Source: Lama guanicoe (lineage: Eukaryota). Taken from it: DNA of 64,000 nucleotides. Each line of letters opens with the position of its first letter. Within the stretch, counting starts at the first letter, position 1. Location: NCBI GenBank assembly GCA_013239625.1, contig MU055016.1, positions 48,867-112,866 on the forward strand, written 5' to 3'. The position numbers were made by a program, and so were the translations under genes. Below, in pieces: positions 34,331 through 46,619 of the stretch. A model generated the notes under the pieces. The model had not been told where the DNA came from, searched no databases, and was given only the letters and a program-made list of their open reading frames with translations.

Positions 34331-36957
34331 ATCTCACCACCCAAGCTGGTCCCACCCCCCTGCTAAACCCAGGAAAGTTGGGGGCTGCCCCTCAGTCTTG
34401 CTGGAACCCTGGGATGGAGTCAGAAACACACGTGGGACCCAGAGTCTGCAGCCTCCTCTGGGCTGAGCTGGGAGCCGGACCAAGGCCCCTTGAAGCTCTC
34501 AGGATGTCACGCAGCCTGTGGACCATCCTCACTTTGCAGGCTGTGAACTAGGGGTCACATCGGACCCACAGGAGCCAGCCCCTCCCGTGGACGAGCTGGA
34601 CTCAGCTGCTGGAGCCCCTGGGCATTGCAGGGGGTCCCCAGAACTCCACCAAGCGTGTTCTCAGGGCTGCTCTGCAGGAAGTCTCCCTGTCCCACTGCGG
34701 TGCCTGGAAGCACAGGCAGACCCAGTCCGGTCCTGTTCCCGCCGTCCCAGGAAGTGGGACCGGGATCAGGAAGGCAGGGCCCCCAGCAGCTTGGAGAGAG
34801 CGAAGGTTTGGGGCTTGATCTGGGCTCTGTGTTCAGGCTCCCTGGGGTCCAGGGCCACCCTGGGCAAGCCCCATCTTCTCTGGGTCCCAGTGTCCTCCGT
34901 CACAATGATTACTCAGGACCCACTGGCTAAATCCTGGGCTTCCTCCTCGGCCCCTCCGCACCAGGAGCTAACTGAGGCCCAGAGAGGCCAAGCGCCCTCC
35001 AGGCCCCCTGCACACGGCAGAGACGGGGTTAGACACCAGGCCACGCAGCACCTCTCACCGCCCTCCCCTGCCCCGCCCCTCCCAGGCCCGGCTCTAGGAT
35101 TCAGGTGACCCCACGCGAGCCGGCGCTTTGTGCCTGGGTCCTGGGCTCCTCAAGCCCTGTGGGCTCTCTGAAGCCCACTCGTCACTGCGCTGGGAGCTGC
35201 TCTGCCTTCCCCACTTCACCCAAGGGTGACCTGTGAAGGTGGCCCTGCATGCCTTCCTGGGGACGGCAGGGATGCAGGGCAGGCCACCCTCCCTGCCCCA
35301 CCAGGCACCCAGGTGTGGGCACACCCTCACGCCTGGGGAGTTGGTGCTGCTGCTGCAGGCTGCTGTCCAGGCCCAGATGACGCCAGCTGGACTCTCAGCC
35401 AGGATGTCCCCGAGCCCACCCCAGCACCGCCAGGCCCGCCTGGGGATCGCAGCTTCCTGAGCCAACCCCCGCTCTGGACAATGGCCGGAAATGCCGTGCT
35501 CAGGCTGCGGTCCAGGCAGGCCACCAGTGGCCCTGGGAGAGGCGGGAAGGCTGCTCTGCGCAAGCACCAGCCCTCCATCCCTGCCCTGGGCAGACTGGGA
35601 GCCCTGCAGGCCTGCGGACATCTCACAGGTAGCCAGTGTGCCCAGGGCTCCGCCCTGCTCGGATGCCCTGCCTCCACCCAGTCCCCACTCTAGGCCCCAC
35701 TGGGTTACGGGGCAATGCACAGAGGGCTCAGGGATGCACTCTGGGAGGATGATGGCTGTCCTATGGGGTCTGACTCTGGAGGCATAGGATGGGGGCAGGG
35801 GCGCCCCAACCCCCGCCCCATTCAGCTCCCCCACCATTTTAAAGGAACACCATCCAGAAAGAAAAGAGCCGCCTCCCCTCCCTGCACTGACTCCCTGGAG
35901 ACTGGGCCGTGCTGCGGAGGGACGCAGGCCGGGGAGGGCGAGCGGTCCCCCCACCCCCTGGAGCCAGAGAGGACGTGACCCCTCCAAGGGCAGAGAAGCC
36001 AGGGGCCTGCGGCCGGGGCAGGTCGAGAAGGGCCGGCCCTCTGGGCCCGTGATTACTTGCTTACATTGTATTTTACGATTCCAGAATGAAAACCAAGTTT
36101 TTTGTGTGTCGCCTGGCCCATGAAGTAATGCACGCTCATTCTGAAAGAGCCAGTCGGACTGCACGCACAAAAGCATAAAAGAGAAAGCACCTCGTGACAC
36201 TGCCTGGGGCAGCGGGGGCTCCCGGTGCCCATAGCACCCCACCCACCACTCACAGGCTGAGGGCCCGGGACCGGCACGTCCTCCATCCACTCAGTCTCGG
36301 TGACTTCATTACTCACAGTAAGATGCACACTTGAAAAAATAGACTATTTTTAGCACAGCTTTGGGTTCATAGCAAAGAGAAGGTGTAGAGAGTTTCTGCA
36401 GAGCCCTGCCCCCATGGGCAGCTGACCCCACTGTCCCCACCCCTCCCCAGAAGTGAGCTTATTACAGGAGTGGACCCTCACTGACCACCACACAGAGTCC
36501 ACCCCGCTGCCCAGGGTCACTTGTGACGTGTTTGCCGGGTTTGGACAGGCATGTAAAGACATGTGTCTACCGTACAGCCTAGGCAGGAGGCCTCACCATC
36601 CTAAACACCCTTTGAGATGCACATGTTTTACATGTTTTGCATGGATGGTTTCGTGATTTTGGTGGACGTGCCCCATGTAATCCTCACCACCATCGACCCA
36701 ACAGCTGCCCACCCCCAGTGCACCCACACCCCCGTGGTCTGTGGTCACTGGGCCCCCGGCTCATCCCCGCCACACACCACACACAGAGCAGTGCCCTGTG
36801 CTCCGCTCAGGGCCTCTGAGATGGTCCTCCCTGTGAATGGACCCATGACACTCCTGACTGGGACCCCATGTAGGGGTGGATCACTGTTTATAACAAGTGC
36901 ATTTTAAAAGAAGGGGCCCACCGTTTCCCAAAAAGAAAACACAATCACCACCAGCCA

Positions 36958-37655
36958 GGAATGTAACTTGGTGCAACCACTATGGAGAACAGTATGGAGG
37001 TTCCTTAAAAAACTGAAAATAGACTTATCATAGGATCCAGCATTCCCACTCTTAGGCATATAGCTGGAGAAAACTCTAATTTGAAAAGATACGTGCACCC
37101 CAATGTTCACAGCAGCACTATTTACAGTAGCCAAGACATGGAAGCCACATAAATGTCCATCGACAGATGACTGGATAAAGAANNNNNNNNNNNNNNNNNN
37201 NNNNNNNNNNNNNNNNNNNNNNNNNNNNNNNNNNNNNNNNNNNNNNNNNNNNNNNNNNNNNNNNNNNNNNNNNNNNNNNNNNNNNNNNNNNNNNNNNNNN
37301 NNNNNNNNNNNNNNNNNNNNNNNNNNNNNNNNNNNNNNNNNNNNNNNNNNNNACTTATTTTCAAACCAGAAACAGACTCACAGGCATAGAAAACAAACTT
37401 AACGGTTACCAAAGCGGAAAGGAGGAGAGGGATAAGTTAGGAGTTTGGGACTAGTTGATACAAACTACTATATACAAAATAAATAAACAACAAGGCCCTA
37501 CTGCGTGGCACAGGGAACAATATTCAACATCTGTAGTAACCTATACTGAAAAAGAACATATATCTGTATAACTGAATCACTATGCTGTACACCAGAAACT
37601 AACACAACACTGCCAATCAAATATACTTCAATTTAAAAAAAATTAAAAAAAAAAA
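36958..37655 (+). mobile_element. 5'-truncated L1 (ORF2 end, 3' UTR, A tail), apparently inserted into an older L1M; contains N gap 37183..37352
   Basis: tggtgcaaccactatggagaacagtatggaggttccttaaaaaactg...[26 protein letters not shown] (L1 ORF2 C-terminus)...tacttcaatttaaaaa. Confidence 0.9.
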
Positions 37656-38310
37656 GGATTACCAAGAGCCACTCCACTCCTAAGTGTACACACAAAGGAC
37701 TGAAGGCAGGAACCCAAACAAATGTCCGGGACGCCCACAGCCTGCGATTACTGTTAGTGACAATCAGCAAAAGGGGGGAACAACCGGAATGTCCATTCCC
37801 TGATGAATGGGGAGTGAATGACTCAATGTGGTCCGTCCACACCGCGGAACATTATTCGGCTGTAAAAGGGAATGAAGTTCTGACACATGTTACTGCATGG
37901 ATGAAACTTGGAAAAGTGGTACTTAGTGAAAGAGGCCGGACTCACAGGGACAACTGTTGTCTGATTCCATTTATATGAAATGTCCCACCTGGACAAATCC
38001 ATACGGACAGAAAATAGATCCCTGGGGTAGGGGATGGGAGTTATTATGTAACAGATGCAGAATTTTCATTTGGGAAGATGAAAAAGTTCTGGAAATTGAC
38101 AGGGATGGTGAATGCAAAGCAGCGTGAATGTGATTAATTCCACCGAATTGTACCCTTGAAAACAGCGCAAATGGCAAATTTTATCTCCTATATGTTGCCA
38201 CATTTTACAAGAATTGATAATGTATATATCAAAACTCATTGAATTGTACGTTGAACGAGTGAACTGCATGGTGTGTAAATTACATCTCCATGAAGCTGTT
38301 TTAAAAGAGG
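37656..38310 (+). mobile_element. Older L1M 3' fragments
   Basis: ccactcctaagtgtaca...aatgaagttctgacacatgttactgcatggatgaaacttg...gattccatttatatgaaatgtcc. Confidence 0.8.
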
Positions 38311-40529
38311 AAGAAATGCCCCAGATCTGAGTGCTTCCCCAGCACGTAGCGGAGAGTGTCTGCCCACCAGGCCCTGCTACCAACCCCGCAAGACGTGGGG
38401 GTATGTTTTAGGGAGGCCCCAGGAGCCGTTGAGGGGTCAGCACCGAGGCAGGTCCCAGCCCAGGAGGGAGTCCTCTGGGCCCAGGCCCTCTCTTCCACAC
38501 TCACAGGTGCTCTGGAAGCAGACATGGGCCCAGCCTTCCTGGGCTACCTCTGCAGCCATCACCCGCCCTCAGACTGGGGCCCGCCTTCCTCAGCCTTGGG
38601 CAGCTCCTGGAGTTCGGGGAGGTGGGAGAGATCCCTTTTCAGGCCAGTGGAACCCTCCTCAGCCCAGCTTAGCAGACCCGCTGTGTGGCTGAGACTTGCA
38701 GTCACTGTGGGCCTGTGGTCACTGTGAGCAGTGGGAGAGGGGGTGACGGCCCTCTCTCTGCCTGACATGGGGCTCAACACTGACCCGGTCATTACAGGAC
38801 ACACAAGCACCTGGGAGGCAGGTTCTGCGCCAGGCCGGTGCTTCCCTGGGGCCTTGCACAGAGAAGGGGCAGACACAGGGAGCCTGAGCTGGGCCTGAGC
38901 CCCTGGACTGCTCCCCACTTCCCTGAGCTGCCGGAGCAGAGAGCTGGTCTTGAAGGGGACCCACCAGGAAGGAAGCCTGGTCTGCTTGGTCCAGATTCCC
39001 GGCTGGTCCTGGGGCTCCTGCCACCTGGAGCCTCAAACTCCCCCAGACCCCTGGACCACGAAGCCAGGGGCAGGGAGGAGGGGGAGGAAGGCCACCATCA
39101 GGCGCTCAGTCCTCTGGCCCTGGCAGGAAAGACTGACCGGAGCCGGGGACAAAAGGCGGACGTGCGGCCGGCCATGTGCGCCCTTATCAGGGCCTGCACT
39201 CCCCGGGCCGCGGGGCCTCGGCGGAAACGCTCCTCTCCGCCCGCCTTCCTGCCGACGGCCAGGCCATGCCGGGCACTGTGCTGGGGGCGGGGGTGAGGGG
39301 AGCCGGCGGGGCGACACCCACCCCCAGAGGAATGCGGCAGGGCCAGCGGGGTGGGGGCCACCTGGCCTGGGGTTCTGGATGGTAATTTGAGAAACCTTGT
39401 AGCATTACTCACGCTGCCTCCCTTGCTGCTGGGAAGGAGGAGCTGACAGCCCCCCTCCTCTGTTAGAGGAGGAAACTGAGGCTCAGAGCAGCAGTGATGC
39501 TGGTGGGGGAGGGGCGGGAGGCGCCCCGGAGCTCTGCTGTCCTGGGACCGGGTGGGGGCAACCTGGGAGCGCACAGCGCTCACAACCCCACCACACAGCA
39601 CTCGGGAGCTGCTTGTTTTATTTCACGTATAAAAGTTTGATAAACATGAGGAGGTGGCCGCAGGCAGTGGGTGTGGGGGCTCTGTGAGTTTCCCCACAAG
39701 GACCCATGGTCAGTTGTGGGGGTAGGGGGACCAGGGGCCTGGCTTGTCCCTTCCCACCACCCTGGGGGCAGGTGCTAGGGGCTCTATTTTACAGAAGAAA
39801 AAACCGTGAGGTCCCACTGTTCCAGGGGCCCTACCACCCCCCATCCTCCCCCTGCCTTCCCGGACCCCAGACCCTCGGCCCCAGCTGCCCCCTGGTGGAC
39901 ATGAGGCTGCTGGGTCAGGGCGAGGCAGCAGCAGCAGGGCTGGGCTGCAGGGAGCCATCCACACTCCCTCCCTCCCTCCTAGCGCAGACGCACAGGACAT
40001 GGGGCGGGTGGGGTGGTGGACCCAGACCAGGCCAGGGGCCCCTCACGCTCACCCTCTGCCCCTCGGTTGTGGCATGCAATCTGCCTAAGGGCTGCCCCGC
40101 TGTGAGGAGGGTGTCCGGGCATGTTCAGCCCCAGGTCTCACGAGTGGATTGGGCCCTGGGCTGGCGACCTGGGCGGGCAGGTTTCCCAACAGGGCTCCAA
40201 AATCTGTCCTACGGAGGCAAAAATCACAAGACGCCCCCTCCTAGCCCTCGGGAGACGCAGGAGCAGGTCAGGGTTTGGGGGAACACAGCCTGTCCTCTGG
40301 GGTTTGTCAGCACAGGGGGTGCAACGGTCCCTCAGCATATTAAACCCAAAGTTGGGGTGACTTCACGGCAGCGCCAAGCCCTGAGTTTGGGTGATGGCTG
40401 CTCTGCCCCTCCCCACACACCAGCCAGTGCCACGGTGGCCCCAGGTCTGAGGCTCTGCCCTCTAGACTTTGGACAAGTCTCTCTGGAGCCTCAGGCTTCC
40501 CCTCTGTAAAATGGGCAGGGGTATCTCCT

Positions 40530-40548
40530 GAGCGCCCCCTGCTGCCCA
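40530..40548 (-). promoter_or_regulatory. CTCF-like site
   Basis: Minus strand TGGGCAGCAGGGGGCGCTC, one mismatch to the core. Confidence 0.5.
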
Positions 40549-42944
40549 CACTGAGGCATAGTCTGAAAGGGCTCTCAAGTGCTCACAGCCTGACTCTAAA
40601 GTGCGGCTGGCTTGATTATTGACAGAGGAGGGGAGAGGTTCTCAGTCCTGGTACCTGGGGAACTCTTACAAATCCCCTGCGAGGACCCCTCCCAACCTTG
40701 GGGTCAGGGCTCGAGCACTGGGGACTTTGAGAGCTCCCCAGGGGTGCCAGTGTGAAGCCAGGGTAGAGGCCTCTGTCTCTGGTGGAACGGGGCCCAGGAC
40801 ACAGCTTCGGGACCGTGGGATCTCAGTCGGCAGCCCTCATAACCCAAGGCTCCCCAGCCTGGGTGGTTGGGCGGGTGGGTGGGGAGGGGCTGGTCAAGTG
40901 TTCCTCCTTGCATTATGGGGAATCATGGGGAGCCCAGTCTGGGGCTCAGGTCCTGGGTCTGCTGTGGGATGTGACCCTCAGGTCCTCGCCTGTGATGGGG
41001 TGACAGCCGTCCCCCATGGCAGGCAGTGCTTGGCACAGCCACTGGCCATAAGAGCCCCTCCCATTGGTTCTGGCTGGAGCTTGTGACCCATAGGCCCTAG
41101 AGGGCAAGGCCCCAACCAGGGTTCCACCACCAGGTCCATCACCATCCCTGGACCTGGCTGGGCCTCAGTTTCCCCATTAGATGGGGCCAGGCCTGCAGCT
41201 TGAGCAGTACTGGCCCGAGCCCGTGCGCAGCCCTGCTGAGCTGAGGACAGGACATGCTCTGGCCACGGAAGGGCTGGCACTCATGTCCAGAGCACGTCCA
41301 CACTCGGCGCTGGCCCAGCCTGGCCAGAGGCCCTGCCTCTGCTGATCCCACCCATCTGGGCTGCTCCAGGAGCACCCAGGTGTACTGGGGGCCCTGCAGC
41401 CGGCCCCCTGCCACCAGTGACCTCTGAAGTCTGGCCTCAATGCCTCACTCTCTGCAACACTGGGCCCCCACCTCCATGCTGAGAGGCTCACTGGGGGCAG
41501 AGTCTCAGCACACAGCGACCTCTGTGCCCCACACCCCAAACGCAGGGCCTGGCACTAGGGGGGCACCAGGGCCTACTTGCCCAGCAGTCCGCACGTCCAT
41601 TGCCCATGCCTGTCCCCTCCAGGTCTAGAGGAAGGGGGGGTCAGAGAGGCCTGGGGGAGCCTCTCAGGACAGCCAAGCTGGGGTGTGAGGGCCCTTCTTG
41701 GGCCCAGAAACCGAGGGTCCTCAGCGCCCCCAGCCTCCCCACCCTTCCCCCCAGCAGTCTGGCTTAGAGATGAGCCGCGGGCCGGCCCCTGTGCAGTTCA
41801 CCCACTGCCCACCGGGCGGCGGTGTTTCACCGCGTGGGCCGGCCCGTCCTCCTCGGACACAGCCCTGGGCGGGGCTTTGGGTGGGCGGGGCCCTGAGTGG
41901 GGCCCACGTGACGCGGCTCACTCCCGCTGTCCAGGGCGGCCTCGCCCGTTGTTTCCTTCCAAAGATGCTTCAGGTGCTCAGGGGTCAAGACCAAGCTGCC
42001 GTGAAGCGGTTCCTTCTGTCCGCGAGAACCTGCGCTTCGCACGCGGGCCCCCAGGCACCCCCACAGCCGGTGCCAGACCCCTGCCCGGTCTTGGGGTCTG
42101 TACCCAGGGTCCCACCGCCTGCGAGTGGCCAGTAATGCTGGGAGCGCGTGGGCACCGGCCTGAGCAGGAAAGGGGGTCCAGGCCCCTTGGCGCGGGCCCC
42201 TCCTGGCTCTTTGCATCCATCCGCTCACTTTGTGACAGCACTCAGGACAGGGAATCATACTGGGCCTGGCCTAGGGGGCACGGTAGGAACGGGAGGGGCA
42301 GGGAGCTGGACCGGGCACCTCCTGCTTCTGTTTTCCGGGCTCCCCTGAGGTGACGGGTGCGGACGAGTATTCAGGCCGGTGTGTGCCCAGCGCTTGGTGA
42401 GGCTGTTGGCGTCCAGGCTTCCTGCCTTTGTCGCTGGAGAGGAGATTCCTCGTGGGCTCTAGACCCCCACACCCTTGTAGGGGGTGGGTCCCCGACCTCT
42501 GGGGCCCACAGCAGAAAACCCGCGGGGCTTTCCGTGATGACTGGGAACGGCAGTACAGGGCCGCAGCTGAGCCGCAGGCTTACGGAGCGGCCTGTGCGGG
42601 GGGGAGGGGGCACCAAGGGCTCCGAGAGGCAGACGTTCGAGCAAGAAGTGGAAGCAAGCAAACCTCAAGTTCATAACTGTAGTGAAAGGCTCTCACGGCT
42701 ATGCCGGGTGCAGGCAGCAAATGTTGTTAGGATTCAGGAGGCCGATCTCGCAGCTGCTGCTGGCAGGAGAGGCCACTGAGGTTCTCTCATCTCAGTAGCG
42801 CATGCTCCCAACCACTGCCAGCTTCAGACAGGTCCATGGCGGTTGTGGCTGCAGTGGCAGTGACTTCCGGGGCCCTGGCCTGCAGCTGTGACTCAGTGGG
42901 GCATCTGTCTGTCCCCATAGAACTGAGGTGTTCAGTTCAGTATT

Positions 42945-43880
42945 TGTCATAAAATATACATGACATAAAATTGACCATCTTAGCCACGTTTACATGGACG
43001 GCTCAGTGGCATTGAGAACATTCGTGTTCTGCCACCATCACCACCACCCATCCACAGAACTCCTCCATCGCCCCAGGCTGAAACTGTTCCCACTAAACTC
43101 ACTCCCCAGCCCCTGGCCCCCACCATCCACTTTCTGTCCCTTTGGATTTAACTCCTTTGGGGCCTTCATTGTATTAGTCAGGGTCCTCCAGAGAAACAGA
43201 GCCAACAGGGTGTGAGTGTGAATATATATATTGACTCATGACTTACGAGAGTTCGAAGGCTGACAGATCTCAAGATCTGCACAGCGAGTCCGCAGACACA
43301 AGACGCACGAAGAGCCAAGTCTGACTCGGAAAGCAGGAAGCGCTCCTAGGCTCGAGGCCACCAGGCAGGAGGAAGGCCCTCTTATTTGGGGGAGGGCCAG
43401 CCATGTGTTCTGTTCAGGTCGTCGGCTGATTGGATGAGCTGCTTTACTCAGTCTACTGATTTAAATGTTAATCTTAGCCCCCCAAACCAAACCAAAACAA
43501 AACACTTTCACAGAAACACCCAGAAGAATTTTGACCAAATATTGGGCACTCACTGCCCCAGTCAAGTTGACACAAGAAATTAGCCAGCACCCTCATGTAA
43601 GTGGACCCCTACAGGATTTGTCTTTTTGTAGCTGGCGTATTTCCCCCGGCGTCATGTCCTCAAGGTTCATCCGTGCTGTAGCCTGGGTCAGGATTTCCTG
43701 CCTTTTTAAGGCTGAACCATATTCTGTTGTGTGGCTGCACCGCGTCTTGTTTATCCGTCTTCGGTTGTGAACACGGGTGGCTTCCTGCTCTGGCTACTGT
43801 GAATAATGCAGCTGCGAACACAGGGGAGCAAGCCTCTTGCTCTGTCCCTCCTCTCAGTTCTCCCAGGTGTGTGTTCAGAG
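42945..43880 (-). mobile_element. L1MB-like 3' fragment interrupted by an MLT2 LTR
   Basis: cataaaattgaccatcttagcc...cagtggcattgag; resumes after the LTR with tcaaggttcatccgtgctgtagc...tttttaaggctga. Confidence 0.8.
43170..43591 (-). mobile_element. MLT2 (ERVL) solo LTR
   Basis: tgtattagtcagggtcctccagagaaacaga...gtcaagttgacacaagaaattagccagcac; 5-bp TSD ttcat/ctcat. Confidence 0.85.
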
Positions 43881-44049
43881 GCGGGCTTGCCGGACCGTGT
43901 GAGTTCAGTGGGTTCTGTCCTTTGGATACACCTGTGTGGCCACTGTCCCAAACCAGACTTAGGGCATTTCCACTGCTCTAGGAAATCCCTGCTTCCAGTT
44001 GAGGTGGAGAACCTACCCTCTCACCTGAAATAACCAAAAAACAACCCCA

Positions 44050-44800
44050 AATCAGACAAAAATGCTCCTAGCAATGGCCTTGAAGGCGCTGGTCACCAGG
44101 CAACATGAGACGACGGTCCCTGAGAGATGGCGGCATGTGAGGCGAGCCCGACGCCTGATCCATCTCCCTGCCTTGGGCGAGTCTCCAGGGACGAGAAGGG
44201 GGATGAGGTGGGTCCGCTGGGTGAGAGTCGCGGAGGCCAGGCGGCTAGAGATCGTGACACAGGACGTCTGAGCCGAGGGAGCTGCCCGGAGAACCCCGGC
44301 CACCCGAGAGGGACCCCTGGAGTACCTAGGGGAGAACTGGCTGAGCCTGCCTTGGAGGGGGCACATGGGGAGCCGTCTGGGAAGATGAGCGGGAACGGGC
44401 CCCCTCCCATGGCCACTTGCATCAGCCAGACCTCTGGACACACTTGCCTCTGTGCCGGAGAGTAATTAGCCCGAGACTGAGCCCTGCTCTGGACCCACTT
44501 GACAAATCACAAAAGCGAGATTCAGAGCGATCGCGCTGTTCCCAAGCACTGTGTCTGCATCCCGGATCAGAGCTCCAGGAGGCCTGCAGGGATGCACAGT
44601 GCCCAGCACCCTGTGAGGCAGCAGGCGCAGAGCCAGGCGCCCGAGCAGAGAGGACCATGCATAAAGCAGGACAGTGTGGCCCGTGATGTGAGTAACCAGC
44701 CCTCCAAGCCTCCCAGAGTGGACAGAGATGCTATCGTGAATCAGCAGAGGAAGACGCTGGACCCATCAGCGTAGCTGTATTCCCTAGGTTCAAAAGTTAA
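44050..44800 (+). mobile_element. Degenerate old L1M 5' region
   Basis: caatggccttgaaggcgctggtcaccaggcaac...gtccctgagagatgg...gaggcgagccc resembles the recalled L1M 5' consensus. Confidence 0.5.
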
Positions 44801-44827
44801 GTAGACCCCAGTGAGATGCCATTGCTA

Positions 44828-45005
44828 NNNNNNNNNNNNNNNNNNNNNNNNNNNNNNNNNNNNNNNNNNNNNNNNNNNNNNNNNNNNNNNNNNNNNNNNN
44901 NNNNNNNNNNNNNNNNNNNNNNNNNNNNNNNNNNNNNNNNNNNNNNNNNNNNNNNNNNNNNNNNNNNNNNNNNNNNNNNNNNNNNNNNNNNNNNNNNNNN
45001 NNNNN
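44828..45005. other. N gap (178 nt)
   Basis: Run of N. Confidence 0.99.
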
Positions 45006-45075
45006 TTCCCCAGCACCTCCATTAAAAATAAATAAATAAACCTAATTACCTGCCCACCACAAACCAAAAAAAAAA
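45006..45075 (+). mobile_element. tRNA-Ala SINE 3' part (head lost in the gap)
   Basis: ccccagcacctccattaaaaataaataaataaacctaattacc. Confidence 0.8.
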
Positions 45076-45079
45076 TACG

Positions 45080-45665
45080 AGATTAAAAATAGAATTACCA
45101 TACGATCCAGCAACCACACGTGTAGGCATACACCCAAAAGAATCAAAGACAGGGTGTAGGAGAGATATTTGGACGTCTGTGTTCTTTGCAGCATCATTCG
45201 CAGCAGCCAGGGGGCAGAAATGACCCAGATATCCACAGACAGGTGATGGAAATAAAGAAAATGCGGTCCATCCAAACAATGGAATATTATTCAGCCTCAA
45301 AAAGGGAGGAAGTCCTGACTCTGGCTACAACATGGAGGAACCTTGAGGACATTATGCTGAGTGAAATAAGCCAGCCACAAAAGGACAAATATCGTCTGAT
45401 TCCATTTACATGGGGACCGAGAGCAGTCAAATCCACAGGGACAGAAAGTAGGATGGTGGGGCCAGGGGCCGGGGGAGGGGCTGGGGAGTGAGTGTTTACT
45501 GGGCACAGAGCTTCAGTTTGGGAAGATGAGGAAGTCCTGGAGACGGATGTGGTGATGGTTGCACAACAGTGTGAATGTGCTTAGTGCCCCTGAGCTGTGC
45601 ACTTAAAAATGATTAAGATCGTGGATGTTATACGACATGTATTGTACCACAATTAAAAAGAATAA
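45080..45665 (+). mobile_element. L1MB-like 3' fragment
   Basis: aaaatagaattaccatacgatccagcaa...aaccttgaggacattatgctgagtgaaataagccag...cacttaaaaatgattaag. Confidence 0.85.
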
Positions 45666-45796
45666 TTTCCTAGAAAGTTAAGTAGAGACAAGGAAGGCCT
45701 TACCTTAGAAAGTGACCCCGACCTCGGACGCCGCGTAAATGGAATCAGACAGCTCGGTCTTGTCTGTGTCTGGCTTCTTTTTCTGAGAATAATTTT

Positions 45797-45941
45797 TAGA
45801 AAATTTAGTTAGTTTGCTTTTTTGTGGAGGAGGGAGAGGTAAGTAGGTTTGTTTGTTTGTTTGTTCATTTATTAATTCTTTGTTTGAGTAGAGGTACTGG
45901 GGTTTGAACCCAGGACCTACCACTGAGCTGTACCCTCCTCC
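45797..45941 (-). mobile_element. tRNA-Ala SINE with internal deletion
   Basis: gaggtactggggtttgaacccaggacct|accactgagctgtaccctcc; TSD-like aataattttt. Confidence 0.8.
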
Positions 45942-46087
45942 AATAATTTTTTTTTTAATTGTAAGGCACATATTGAATTTTACCATCACAGCTTGTTTAA
46001 AACACACGGAAGCCTGGACTGCTCTGAGGTGTTCCGTTTCAACCTTTGAGAAGGGGGTTTTGTACAATTAAGAGGTAGTTATGCTTG

Positions 46088-46224
46088 GAGAGGAGGGCAC
46101 AGCTCAGTGGTAGAGTGCATGCCTACCATGCACGAGGTCCCAGGTTCAATCCCCAGTACCTCCATTAAGAAAGTTTTTTTAACCTACTTAGCCCCCCCAA
46201 CCAAAAAAATTTTTTTAAGAAAAA
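46088..46224 (+). mobile_element. tRNA-Ala SINE
   Basis: agctcagtggtagagtgcatgcctaccatgcacgaggtcccaggttcaatccccagtacctcca; TSD core aagaggtagtt at 46070 and 46225. Confidence 0.85.
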
Positions 46225-46619
46225 AAGAGGTAGTTGCACTTGATAAAGGACAGTTAATTCGTGGAGGGAAAGAAAGAATGGTGATGGCGAGCCGAAGGCA
46301 GGGAGGCTCGTGGAGGAGGTGGGGTCCTCCTGGATAGGACCACGTCCGCCCACCCAGCAGCTCCTCGGGTCCCTGCAGGGACCAGAGGGACGAGGACAGT
46401 TTTGAAGACTGATCAGAATCTGGTCCTCGGCAGTTTTTTAGAAAGTGAGACCAGGCCTTGGCGTCCGCAGTGTTTCATTTCGATGTTTTCCGTGCTTAGC
46501 ATATGCTTTGAGTTACCGGGAATGGCGTTTGGACTTTACCAATCTGCCTGCCATGTGTCTGCAACCCACATTTTACATGGTTTTAAAGTAAACTTCTAGT
46601 TTCCAGATGGAGTCAGACT

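Noticed and set aside
35094-36290. 398-aa minus-strand ORF
   Set aside because: No recognisable domain or splice structure; composition expected from high GC
33654-45067. ORFs containing long X runs
   Set aside because: Artefacts of translating through the three N gaps
46088-46165. Functional tRNA-Ala gene
   Set aside because: Mutated anticodon region, SINE-type tail and TSDs; the same applies to the other copies
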